NCBI GenBank assembly: GCA_003427395.1 | Contig: BFEA01000027.1 | Coordinates: 1,172,170 to 1,236,147, forward strand | Length of the DNA stretch: 63,978 nucleotides | Direction of reading: 5' to 3' | Source: Chara braunii | Taxonomy: Eukaryota > Plantae > Charophyceae | Shown: positions 25,543 through 36,693 of the stretch, one piece after another | How the letters are laid out: every line of letters begins with the position of its first letter | Numbering within the stretch: position 1 is the stretch's first letter | Position numbers and translations under genes: made by a program | Notes under the pieces: generated by a model | Database searches by the model: none | The model's input: only the letters and a program-made list of their open reading frames with translations | Told to the model about the DNA's origin: nothing

Positions 25543-26130
25543 TATGTAGTTCCCTACAAGCTACCGGTAGCCCAGTATCCCGCAGTATCCTCCTACCTTC
25601 CTAGTCGAACCAACCATGTTGCCATGCAATTTCCGGGTTTCTTTTTCTTTTCCTTTTTTTTTTCTTTTTGTTTTCTTTTTTCATTTTCTCGTCCAAATCG
25701 GGAATAGTAGTCAACCGGATTTTGTTGGACGACAACAGGGAGTCTGAGTCACCTTCCGTGTACCTTCCGTCTAGCACTGCCGATCAAGGCAGAAGTACTT
25801 AGGGGCGAGAGTGGGAGATGAGCAGTATATTGGGTGAGGGAACTCAGCGGCGGCTTTAATTCCACTAAAAGGAAGCGGGTGGGGTGGCTACGATCGTAAG
25901 GTAAACATGAGAGAGGAGGATGGCTAGAGGGTAACAAGGGAGGATAGGTACGCCTCGATGGGAGGCGATTGGCTTCTAAGGTTGTAACAGCCTTTGGCTT
26001 CTAAGGTTGTAGCAGCCTTCGGAAGGTCTGCGTACTCCTTCACAGGAAGGAAGGGGGAGTCGGGAGACGGGGGGCTATGCAGCAATAGGAAGGAAGACCT
26101 AGTGAGAGCTTTCGAGGTGGTTGAGGAGGA

Positions 26131-26668
26131 GTGGGAACAGGTATGGAGGTGGAGGGTCAAAACGAAGGAGGGGAGGGGAGGAGGTCGCCCCCCCCCCCAC
26201 AAACAAACTTCTGGGCTGCAGAGGATAGGACAAGGCATTCGATAGGGCAGTGCTATGATGAGGGAGTGATGCAATTAGTGGCCAATTTAGGGGAGGTGGT
26301 CATTGACGAAAGAGGAAAGAGATTCAAAGTGAATGAATCCTTCGACGAGATCAAGGAGAGATGGCTGAAAGAAAGAACAGTCGCTTTTATCTTCCAGGAT
26401 GAGGCCCGGGACCTAGCAAGGAGCGTGAAGGAAGACCTAGTGAGAGCTTATGAGGATGGGTGGATGGCTCGGCGCCTGTTTAATCCGGAGGTAAGGAGAG
26501 GAAGGATCAAGTTTGAAAGTCCTAACAGTATCTCTTATGTGGGCAAAGCGGTGGAAGTGGCGGCGTGGCTCCTACAGAAGCCGTCACTCATGCTGAATCT
26601 CGGAGGGAAGGAGTCTGCGGTCTTAGTGAAGCCTTGGATGACGAAGCTGGAACTGAAGGACTTAAGGT
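26131..26668 (+). pseudogene. Probable LINE ORF1 (RRM-like) fragment, cut by an insertion
   Basis: Protein-like ORF ending ..VLVKPWMTK.., resembling the KPW motif of plant L1 ORF1 RRMs; it stops abruptly at a tRNA-like insert. Assignment by recognition only. Confidence 0.4.
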
Positions 26669-26674
26669 TGTCCA

Positions 26675-26757
26675 GTTGATGTAGCTCAGTGGTTAGAGCA
26701 CGGATTGGATATGCGCATTGTGGTATGAGGTTGCGGGTCCAAAACTCCGCAGCCTTG
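26675..26757 (+). other. Degenerate tRNA-like sequence (SINE-like head)
   Basis: A box GTAGCTCAGTGGTTAGAGC; T-arm-like GCGGGTCCAAAACTCCGC. Confidence 0.55.
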
Positions 26758-27556
26758 CACATGGACACCGGCAGGTTGTTAGAATGACGCTGTGACGAAC
26801 CAATTTCTGTTCCGCGCGATCTTCTGCGCGATGACAATGAGGGGTCCTAAGATGGGAAGGTTGGGCCAATTACAGGAGATCGGTATCGAAGGGAAATTGC
26901 ATCGCTATCCTCGCTTTTTCGTCTTTTCTCTTTCGTCGCTTCTTTTCGGATGGCTGGGTTCAGGGCCGGGCAAGTCCCGAGATGGCCGATTGAGTGGCCG
27001 TCGCGCCGACAAAAGCACGAATAATAATGTTTGACGCCGCTTCTTTCTTGTTTTGTTGTCGGGTTTTAGGCGCGGAGGTCGCGCGGGAATTTTGCTTCGT
27101 TCTTTTTTATTTTCTTTTTCGAATCTTGACGAGTCCTAGACGGCTCTCAGAACTTCGGATTTTCTTTTCGGAATTTGTGCTTCTTTTTGCATTAGCTAGG
27201 GATTTGGGAATTTAGGAATTCGGGATTTCTTTTGTCACGCGTTGTCTTTCTTGCGCGCTTCTTTTTGCGGCTGCAACGGAGCTTTGATTAGTCGGCGCCC
27301 TTAATCTCGCAAGTAACTGTAATTTTTGGGCTGGCGCCATTGTAACTGTATCTTTCTTCTTGAGCTTCGTCTTTCCCGCTCTCTCTTTCCCTTTTGCTGT
27401 GCCTAGCTAGGCCCGNGGCCTGCATGCTCGGATCGATGCGTGGAGAGTGGCTACGTCCCCCACGCCGCGGTCTGGCTATGCAGAACGTAGGCGCTCCCTC
27501 TCCTAATCTCCTTTCTAAGTCCTTGCAATTCTGTGTTCTTCGCGCATGCATGCACA

Positions 27557-27567
27557 CTATAAATTCC
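27557..27567 (+). promoter_or_regulatory. Candidate LTR TATA box (CTATAAATTCC)
   Basis: The same motif lies at equivalent LTR positions in A (2652), the B 3' LTR (37710) and D (minus strand, ~49117) despite flanking divergence. Confidence 0.4.
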
Positions 27568-28609
27568 GGTTGCGCGATTAGATAGCTCTCTTAACCAGTT
27601 GTTGGAAGCTCGGGGTAGCGCGATCAGTGAGTGTCGGCTCACGAGCGAAGTAAGAGGTGAGTTGAAGTGGGAGTCGGGCGACCCGACGAGCTGGTGCCGA
27701 ATGCGCGGGGTTGACGCGTGGGGCTACGACGGACTGTAGCGCGCGGGCGAACCTGACGGGTGCAGGAGGACTAAGCGGGGTGACGACTTCGTGGGTTGGT
27801 GCGTGACGACAGACTATCCGCATCAGAGAGAGAATACCGTTTAGGGGCACCTTGGATCGCGTGCGGAAGGCTTCCATTACGCTGCAGTGATAAGATGCCA
27901 AGCTCTTGGGACTCGGAGTACTTCGACCCTTGGGTGAGAGAATGTATTAGGCAAAGATACCCGGAATTCCCCTACCTAACTGAGAATCGATTGTGACTTA
28001 GGGAGTTTCACTGTGCCGTAACCAGCGATCCAAGGTGCCCCGATTTTCCCACCACGGATATCATGCAATACTTCATATCCCCCGACTTCGTCGTTATCAC
28101 TACCAATTTCCCTCCCTTCCGTCTCCTCCTTCCATATTACCACTCACCGTGGTACCGTGGAATTCCATCGCCCCGTATTGGCCCCGCACGCCTTGCGGAA
28201 ATTGTCGACGACGCGGCAACCGATGAGCCCCTGAAACTAGGGGGCCTAACCAAAACACGCGATGACAGACGCCATGTGTCTGCACCCGAAGGTGCAACTC
28301 ATCGGAATCACAACCGTCCCGGGCGGGCCTCTCCCAGAACCGTCGCCACCAAAACAGACGGATCGGACGGCCTTGAATACACCGCGCATGTCATCTGCCT
28401 TATGCTGCACGACCTCGACTGCCATCAGACCAGAGGTAACTCGCCCCTTTAGATCTATTGCATCTATGCCCCTAAAACCTTACTACATGAGATCTTAATT
28501 CCCACCTGGGACTCCACCCACACTTTTCCCAAAAATCCTTGGCACACCCCTTTTCGCACTTCCAGACCCACATCCCACTCCGATCAGGAAGTCGCGCCGA
28601 GCGAGAGGT

Positions 28610-28622
28610 TGGTATCGGAGCC
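28610..28622 (+). promoter_or_regulatory. Primer binding site, initiator tRNA-Met type (TGGTATCGGAGCC)
   Basis: One mismatch (G:U compatible) from the canonical TGGTATCAGAGC; identical in elements C and D. Confidence 0.9.
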
Positions 28623-28754
28623 CGACACGTGGCAAGGTTCTAGGATTCGTAGTTGGGCGATCTGGCTAACAGGGGACGACCTCGACCGAGGAACGCACAT
28701 CGACGCGACCCGGTCGTCACCAGAAGCCGGTCTGCGGCTCGAAGGGCGGTCAAC

Positions 28755-29807
28755 ATGAACGCTAATCAACAGAACCCCCAACAGAATCCAAATCCACAAC
28801 AAAATCCTAATCAACCCCCACCACGAGCACGGGCTCCCATGACGCCACCCGATCTTTATCTATTCGACCTTGCACATCATCTCGCTGGAGCATGGCTAGC
28901 ATCGCTCCGGGCGCAGCAGTATGATGACAACGAGGCGCAGGTAAATATCCCCGCACGCTTGGGAGGAGACGCCCATCACTGGTTTAGCACCTATGTATGG
29001 GTCGATCTCCCAACGTTCGAGCGAGATTTCTTGAATCGATTCGATTACATCCACCCGGAACAGGCTCTTTTTATGATCAAAGAACGAGTTAAAAAACCCC
29101 TCAAATCTGTCACCGAGTACCGGAACCGATTCTATAGGATGTTTGTGAAAACGGAACGAGGCGAGCAGGTAGGTAGAGATTTGTTAATCGATGGACTTCG
29201 CAGCCGAACGATGAGGGCGAAACTGCGAAAACAGTTCTCCCCCATCAACCATATGCTGCAACAGATCATGGCAGCCGCAAAGGAAATGAAACGAAAATTC
29301 GCTGCGAGTTTCGAAGAAGGGGAAGACTATCATAGGGAAGGAGACTCATCCGAGCTAGCAAGAGCTAAAGCTGAGTTGGCTGCACTACATAACAAATTTG
29401 AAAACATGGGGTTTGTGTCGGGCCCTGTCACCTATCTGGAACAGATTAGTCCCAAACGACCAGCCCCGAGTGTGATTACGAGCGTGCCCGTGTCCGTGAT
29501 GACAGCACCCCCACCCCCAATCGAAACCCCCTCACGACCGAATGAGTCTTCCGCTCTATTAGAACTAACCAAGACATTGGTTACTCTGATTCAGGAAAGC
29601 AAAAAAGAACAGCGGGAACACAACGCTCGAATAGAGGCGATGATGAGGTCGATGCGACCAATAGCGATGCGTGCCGCTTCGATTCAACACGGATTGGCCC
29701 CGGCACCCCCTCCTGCAGGAATCCCTGGCAATCTGAATGTTTGTTACACGTGTCACCAACCAGGGCATATAGCCCGAGATTGCCCTCATCGACCCCCGCA
29801 GCAATGA
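28755..29807 (+). pseudogene. gag: Element B gag
   Basis: Retrotransposon gag-like core (AHHWF..DLPTFERDFLNRF) and zinc knuckle CYTCHQPGHIARDC. The frame continues past TGA codons, probably CGA decay. Confidence 0.9.
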
Positions 29808-32800
29808 GTCGGAGACGCACCGGTAGCGGCGGCCCCGATCGCCAACGGACCTGGATGAGTAGGGGCATTGATGGAAGAAATGGAAGGAGGCGGAAGCACA
29901 TTAGCTACAATGGAGGAAGCTACTGAACTAATCCCGTTGGATCAGTATGTAACACTTGGCTACCCAGGGCTTGGGATGATCGGAACGATTAGACCCGCGC
30001 CAGAACAAAGAGAAGTGGCGGAATGGCGACCTTCTCCAGGAGAAATGGAGTCGGGAGGACCCACCTTCGTCACTGGGAAAATTGATGTTTTGAACATCGT
30101 TCGAGCCTTAGATCATTAGATTCCTCTTCCGATTGAACATCTACTTTTGATATCGGAACAAGCCAACGAACGGATGTTGCAACATTGCAAGGCGAATCAG
30201 AAACGATTCGCCCTCGCCCGAACAATGAACACGAAAGCAAAGAATCCAGCACAAGATGAAAAAGTTGTCGGAGCTTCAGACCCAATACGGTTAGGATTGA
30301 TCCAGAAGGACGATCACTTCCTACGAATCAAACCAATCCCCTGGAAATCCGCCGAATGCGATATCGAGATATGGGGAATCCCGTACAACGTCATTATCGA
30401 TTCGGGAGCCGCTGTTCTGGCTATCTCGTTACGGGTAGTTGAAAGAGCATGGAGGAAGAACGATCTAATCATGCTTACGGAAAAAGATCAGCTCGTTTCA
30501 GCAGATGGGGAGAAGATTAAAACGGTGGGACGAATGACCAATGTTGCTTTTCGATTAGGGAAGGTACATGCTTTGGGAGATGTCATAGTCTTAGACGTAA
30601 ACACTTACGACGTCCTTTTCGGCCTTCCCGCTCTTGTGGCCATGCGAGCCAATCTGGATTTCGAGAGACGATCGATTGTCCTCCGAAATACAGGAGGAAA
30701 ACCTTATGTTGTACCGATGAGATTGACCCTTCGTACCACCACTAACGTGACTCCGCGATTTTTTCCCCTGATGGCAGGAACCCTCCGCGTGATCAACTGG
30801 GATAATTCCGCAGACAACGGGCAACTGTAAAAGGACACGGACAACAGCGACGAGGATGATCCGGTGATCCTGGGGATGGCACAACAGCGTATCCATTACC
30901 CGTTGCAAGGAACAAGGTCGCTAAGCCTGACCGATCAGAGTTTACAGAGAACGCAAGCCATGATTATGGGTGAACCCCTCGTGCAAATTTCGAGGATGGT
31001 CGATTCTTTGGAACCCCTTGGAACCCTGTACGAAGGTATCTCCCCTCTACTTGCACGATATAATGACAAAAGACACTATTGCGACATCACGAGTCTTCCA
31101 CGATCTCTTTTGTCACCTGCAAAGGAGATACGATTGGTACGCTTGGGAGCGGAGACCAATTCTTTGGAACCCCCCGAGCGCCTCGAAACCGGACTCGGAA
31201 TCAAAATCGCAACGAAACCAGTGCCTTGGCAGGACATTCGAGACAGAATAACACCGAAAGAACACGTGGCCATCCGAGAACAGGATGCACGGACGATGGC
31301 CACGGTATTCTCCTGGCGGTCGGACAATTCGTTTATTTTCGCGCCCCCGCCCTAGAACATTAAGCGGGTGAGTGCGAAACACATCGATGTGCGGATATGG
31401 GATGAGTTGTACGAGTTGCACATGCCCCAATACGTACCTGATGAAATCCACCACCTAATCGCTGAAATTCTAAGAGAATACAAGGGAGTGATTAGTTTGA
31501 TAGACACAGACATTGGACTGTCATTAGTCATACAGCACGAGATTCAAACCGGAAATCATCCCCCAATCCACTGTAAGCCCTACAGATACTCCCTGGTGGA
31601 GCGGAAAACGACCCTTGAGCGGATTCGAGAATTCGAAGCCAATGGGTGGATCGAACCCGCCACCGGGCCATGGTCGTTCCCGGTAGTATTAGTGCCAAAA
31701 AAGAACGGATCGATTCACATATGCATTGATTATCGCAAGCTGAATGACATCACCATTAAAGATGTGTACCCCCTTCCCAGGATTGATGACTTGCTGGATG
31801 CGATTGGATGTGCTAATTATTTCAATAAATTTTATATTCGACATGGCTTCCATCACATCCTGGTTAAGGAGGAAGACCGACCGAGAATGGTCTTTGTATT
31901 GTTTGAAGGCATGTGGCAGTGGGTTCGATATCTGATGGGTATTTGCAACGCGCCTGCCACGTTTTAGCGAGCGATGAACGTGACGTTTCAAAACTTCGTC
32001 AACAAGACGTGGCTCACTCAAGGGATGATTAACTTTTGCATCATCGTGTACATGGACGACATCCTCGTCTACTCAGAGACCTATCATGAGCATGCACAAC
32101 ACATCGAGTGGACGCTAGGAGCTCTGAGAGACGCTTGGTTCAAGATCGTGCTCGAGAAGAGCGAGTTTTTCCTCTCGGAAATCTCGTTCTTGGGTTACGT
32201 GGTGACACGTGGAGGACTGCGACCAAATTCAAGGAAAGTCACGGCGGTGAAAGATGCTCCTGTCCCCACATCAGTGATGCAGGTTCGAGCTTTCCTGGGA
32301 TTGGCATCGTACTACCGTCGTTTTATCAAAGGCTTCGCTCGATTGCACGACCTCTTACGAATCTGCTACGAAAGGACCAACCCCTCAGTTGGGACGCAGA
32401 GTGCGAACAGGCCTTCGCCACCCTCAAAGGCGCTCTAGCGACAACACCTATTTTGATCCGGCCGGACCCCACGAAGCAGTTCAGTCTCATAACGGACTGG
32501 CAACCAAAGGCGATTTCCGCTATTCTAGTGTAGAAGGGGAACGACGGCCGAGAGCACGTCATCGAGTACGCGTCTCGTACGGTGTCAGACGAACAAAGGA
32601 ACGACTCAGCCCCGCAAGGAGAATGCTATGTTGTAATCTGGGGAATTCAGCACTTCCATCCGTACTTGTACGGACAGAAGTTCCTCCTTGTAACCAATCA
32701 CGAGCCATTATTGGCTCTCAAGAAACTCACAAATTACACGGGCATGATTGGATGGTGGGCAGTGCGCCTACAAGAATACGATTTCGACATCATCCACCGA

Positions 32801-32974
32801 AAGACAGAGAGGCACGGTAACGCGGACGGGTTGACACGTCTGCATCGCCCCGCTAAGGTATCGAAGGGCGAAGAAATCATTTCGTGGAAGGAACTGGAGT
32901 CAGCGAACGGACCCAAGTACGGACAAGTGGCAGTCCTTCCACGTGGCAAGAACCAGGCGATTAGCAATGGGTGA
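29808..32974 (+). pseudogene. pol: Element B pol: aspartic protease, reverse transcriptase, RNase H (multiple stops and frameshifts)
   Basis: IIDSGAAV; WSFPVVLVPKK..CIDYRKLN; YPLPRIDDLLD; YMDDIL; FLGLASYYRRFI; ITDWQ..; RLQEYDFDIIHR.....NADGLTR. Confidence 0.95.
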
Positions 32975-34681
32975 CGGAGGTAATCCTACAACTCCTCTCT
33001 CCCCCCTCTTGTCTTCATTTTTTCTCTCCCTACTCGACAAATTTTGTTATTTTTGTGAAGCAATCTCGCGCGTCTACTCGATCTCAATGTGTCCTAGCGG
33101 AGAAGGGTATGCAGAATGGATAGATTGTCGATAGTGTGTCGCACGAGCCCATGACTCGTGCATCCAGTACAGAAATGGCGATAAGCCTTGGTTGTGTCCC
33201 TTGTGTTGGACTGATAAGATTCCGACTGAAGCTCGATTTCTTGATGCCACGTCAGAAGGGTTGGAAAAGACCCGAAAGTTTAGAAGGGCCGAGGTATGGA
33301 CGGACACCGCTCTAATTGCCACCTTGGTAGGAACCCCCCTCCAGGACTTCACTAAGGAAGGCTGGAGGAGGGCCAACGAAAGGGCTAGGGACTATCGCTG
33401 GAACGAGGGCCGGTTAGAGAAACGAAAGACAGATGGTTGTGGGATTTGGATGGTAGTATCGCACCCGTTCATGAGGTATGACTGGGTTAAGACGGCGCAT
33501 GAGGAAACGACAACCCATTTTGCCGTACGGATCACGGAAGCGGCAATCGACAAGAACGAATGGTATTGGTTCAATATTCGTGATGATGTGAAATTCATCA
33601 TCGCGAATTGCCATGTCTGCGCTACTGACAAGGCGTCGATCCAACCGCCAAGATCGATAGTACCGACGATGGTTGAACGACCGTTTCAAAGGGTTAGCAT
33701 GGATACTACCGATATTGTGGTGCCCCCTGGACCGAATAGCTGCGAGTATTCAATCCTACTAGTATTCGTAGACCATTTTTCGAAATGGATCGAGGCATAT
33801 CTGTGTCGTACGCGACAGGCGGCTGAAATTGCGCGATATGTCAACCGGTTTCTAGGGATGCACCAGGACACAGAGGAAATCCTAACCGACAACGGGGTAG
33901 AATCTGAGGGGAAGTTTTAAGGAATCTGGTCGTACATGGTGTCGCTATTCGGAACACTGCACCCCACATGTCGCAATCTAATGGCCTAGTGGAAAACGCA
34001 AATCGAGTGATAAAGACAGCGCTGCGACGAAACATCGGGGCACGGGATACGAGGCCCTGGCCCGATATCGTAGATCACATCCTAGCGGTCCATCGGGGAA
34101 CGCCTCACGAATCAACGGGCCTTAGCCCCGTCCAATTACGAACCAATAGTGTAGCTTGTGTCTCGATACCGAGCCTTCCCGACGAATCTTCATTGAATCG
34201 ACGGCCCACAAGGGCCAGGGTTCGGGACAAGGCCAAGCGGCACATGGAGTTGATGGAGCGGTCCCTTCCCCGATTAGCCCGAAAACGCCAGAAAATGACC
34301 GAGTTGGCCCATGGCCGACAGGTCCGTAGCTACGAGGCCTGAAATGGGAACGCAGGACCACGGCCCCAGTATAAATTGGGGGACCTGGTGCAGGTGAGGA
34401 AATGTGCTCGCCAAGGGAAGATAGCGCCACGATTCTTCGGGCGGTTTCGTGTGATCGAACTCGGCCCGAACAGAGTGAACACTGTGCGCCTCGTGCCGGA
34501 GGTTTTGGGAAGCCGATCGGCTCGACCGATCGTCCGCCACGTGTCCTATCTACGTCTTCTCCCTTCCTTTCCATCTCAAGTTGCGTCAGCTTCCTCCTTC
34601 GCTACAGAAGAGAACGACGATTCCTTATCACTCTCATCCCCTCCTGTTTCTCTCACTCCATCCTCATCGCCATCACCATGA
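32967..34681 (+). pseudogene. Element B integrase with N-terminal PHD finger
   Basis: PHD-like C4HC3 at ~33045-33205; HHCC (AHEETTTH...CHVC); D,D-35-E core (SMDTT, LTDNG, NGLVENAN); GPY/F-like C-terminus (YKLGDLVQVRK..FFGRFRV). Confidence 0.9.
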
Positions 34682-36215
34682 GTTTTCTCACTGAGCGGGC
34701 TCTCGGCGATCACATGCTGGCACCACGTGGCGACATTTCGGCAATTCGGCAAGTTCATCACCCGCGATTCAGTTTGGACCTTCTATGGCTCGCACAATTC
34801 TTCAACACTACCGGGGTGTACGCAGCGACGGAGTTCCGATTCATCGGCCATCGTCAAGCGATCGTATTGGCAGAGGCGACGGCGGTTCGACGACTGTCAG
34901 CACCAGGAGTTAGCCACGTGTCTACCGTCGTCATCTTCAGTGGTGACATTAGCGCGATCAGCCCTCTGCGACACACGGTCATCCGGACGTCGCTAAGGGA
35001 GTGGGGTCAACAACTGGCAGCAGAGTGAAATCAGTGGCTTACGCGCCGCGACGATAATTTTGTCCCCGCGGACGGCATCGAAGTCGGAGGACTCCGGACG
35101 TCTCGACACGAGCCCGCGGTGGTGCTTCCTGAGCTCGTCCCTTTCCAGCGTCCTCAATGAACCGATCCCAGCTCTCTACCTTCGCTCTCCCCTCTCTCTT
35201 CACTACCTTTTGGCAGTCCGACCTTTGCCCCCATCTCTCTTTTCGTCTGGAACCACTTGTTGTCCCCCTCCTCGACCGAAGACAGTGGGAACTGTGATGC
35301 GAACAGTTCGTCGATCTTTCAGTGTGTCTGGTCGGAGTGCTGCTGACGTGGACGAGGGACATAGAGCATCGCGCCTGGATCGCATACGTGGAGTTGTTGA
35401 TCATCCAAGCTTGGAGGACGAAGGTGGAAGGAGACCTTCTCGGATTTCTATTATGATCGGTGCATCTCGGCTATCGACAACAGATCGTACAGGAACTCAC
35501 GATTCCCCTCGCGCAGCTGGCCGACGATCTCCCTCTCGATATTGTTTCGCAGTGTGACGAGATCCCGGTCCCGCACATCCTATCACGAACTCTGACACCC
35601 TACCTGCAATGGTCGGCTTGCCTCGAGGAGCTAGCAGGTAATGACAACCCGCCATCGCAACAACCATACATGGACCCCTGGGGGATAATCGACCTCGCCT
35701 TCTTTCAGCCCCGAATGGCCTCTGAAGACGAGGCGATAACACTAGAGGAGGAGAAGGAAGAGGACGAAGAGGCAGGCGACGAGGAAGAACAAGAGAAACC
35801 CCGGAAGAAGGAAGTTACAGCGAGCACAACGAGGGAGAACAGAATGACGAAGAGGAAGAAGAAGAAGAAGATCAGTTGGAAGAAGAGGAGGAGTCTGAGT
35901 GGGAGACCTTGGGTGAAGAGGCGGATCGCGCAGAGACTCACGAGGAGGATCCCGAGGCGGCACGAAGAAGAGAAGAAATCGCAGCAGGAAAGCAGCCGCT
36001 GGAGTTCGCGAGTGGGGCCGAACGAGCCGGCCAAGGATCCCAAGCCGCCCAAGAATGACGATGGGGACCTTGCTGCCGAGACTTCGAGCGCACCGGCCCG
36101 AAGGCGACGAAGCCGATCCCCCTCCCCCTCCACCTCCGCCCGTCCACCAGTTCAAGCTCGTACCGATGCACGGCATCGGGCTTCGTCCCCGGTCCTTATC
36201 CCGTCGTCCCCTTGA
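34678..36215 (+). pseudogene. Element B accessory ORF3 (one or two ORFs; acidic tract, RS-rich tail)
   Basis: The ATG overlaps the integrase stop (ATGA). Long protein-like frames with stops and frameshifts; the C-terminus is conserved with 339-854. Confidence 0.65.
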
Positions 36216-36693
36216 CCACCTCACCCTCCGCCAGATCACTACCCGCATCACCTTCCCTTGCAATCCCTTCCCAATCGACACCTTCCGCTTCTTCTACGCC
36301 ACCCGTCTTGCCGTTACGGTTCATCCCCATCCTTCTACCCGGTGTGCCACCCCTGTCTTCTGTTTCCATGCCCTTCTCTTCAGTGCCGTGTGGCAAGGCC
36401 GCAACATCGTCGAGGTTTACTGCATGATCAAGGGGACTATCCCCGCATGCGAAAACCACGATCACTTCCGCACGGCGCTTTTCCGAACTTTCACCACGCT
36501 TTACCTCGACTATCTCGCCTCCCTCCCTCATAGTGGTAATCGATTCCCTCACTTCCACCGGATCATCCGATATCAGGAGCTTCCGGAGACAGTCGCGGGA
36601 TTAGAACGCTCCCTGCCCCCACTCCCGACTAACCCACCCCCTCGCCATGCCCCCATGTATCGTCTTCCCTTTCCCCTTCCCTTAGGTCATTGA
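36166..36693 (+). CDS. Element B accessory ORF4 (175 aa, unknown function)
   Basis: Open frame; start codon and sequence conserved with 805-1310, with synonymous changes. Confidence 0.7.
   Translation: MHGIGLRPRSLSRRPLDHLTLRQITTRITFPCNPFPIDTFRFFYATRLAVTVHPHPSTRCATPVFCFHALLFSAVWQGRNIVEVYCMIKGTIPACENHDHFRTALFRTFTTLYLDYLASLPHSGNRFPHFHRIIRYQELPETVAGLERSLPPLPTNPPPRHAPMYRLPFPLPLGH

Noticed and set aside
29804-29807. ATGA stop/start overlap at the end of B gag as a coupled-translation signal
   Set aside because: Element C shows the gag frame continuing (APVAAA.IANGPG); the TGA is best explained as CGA decay.
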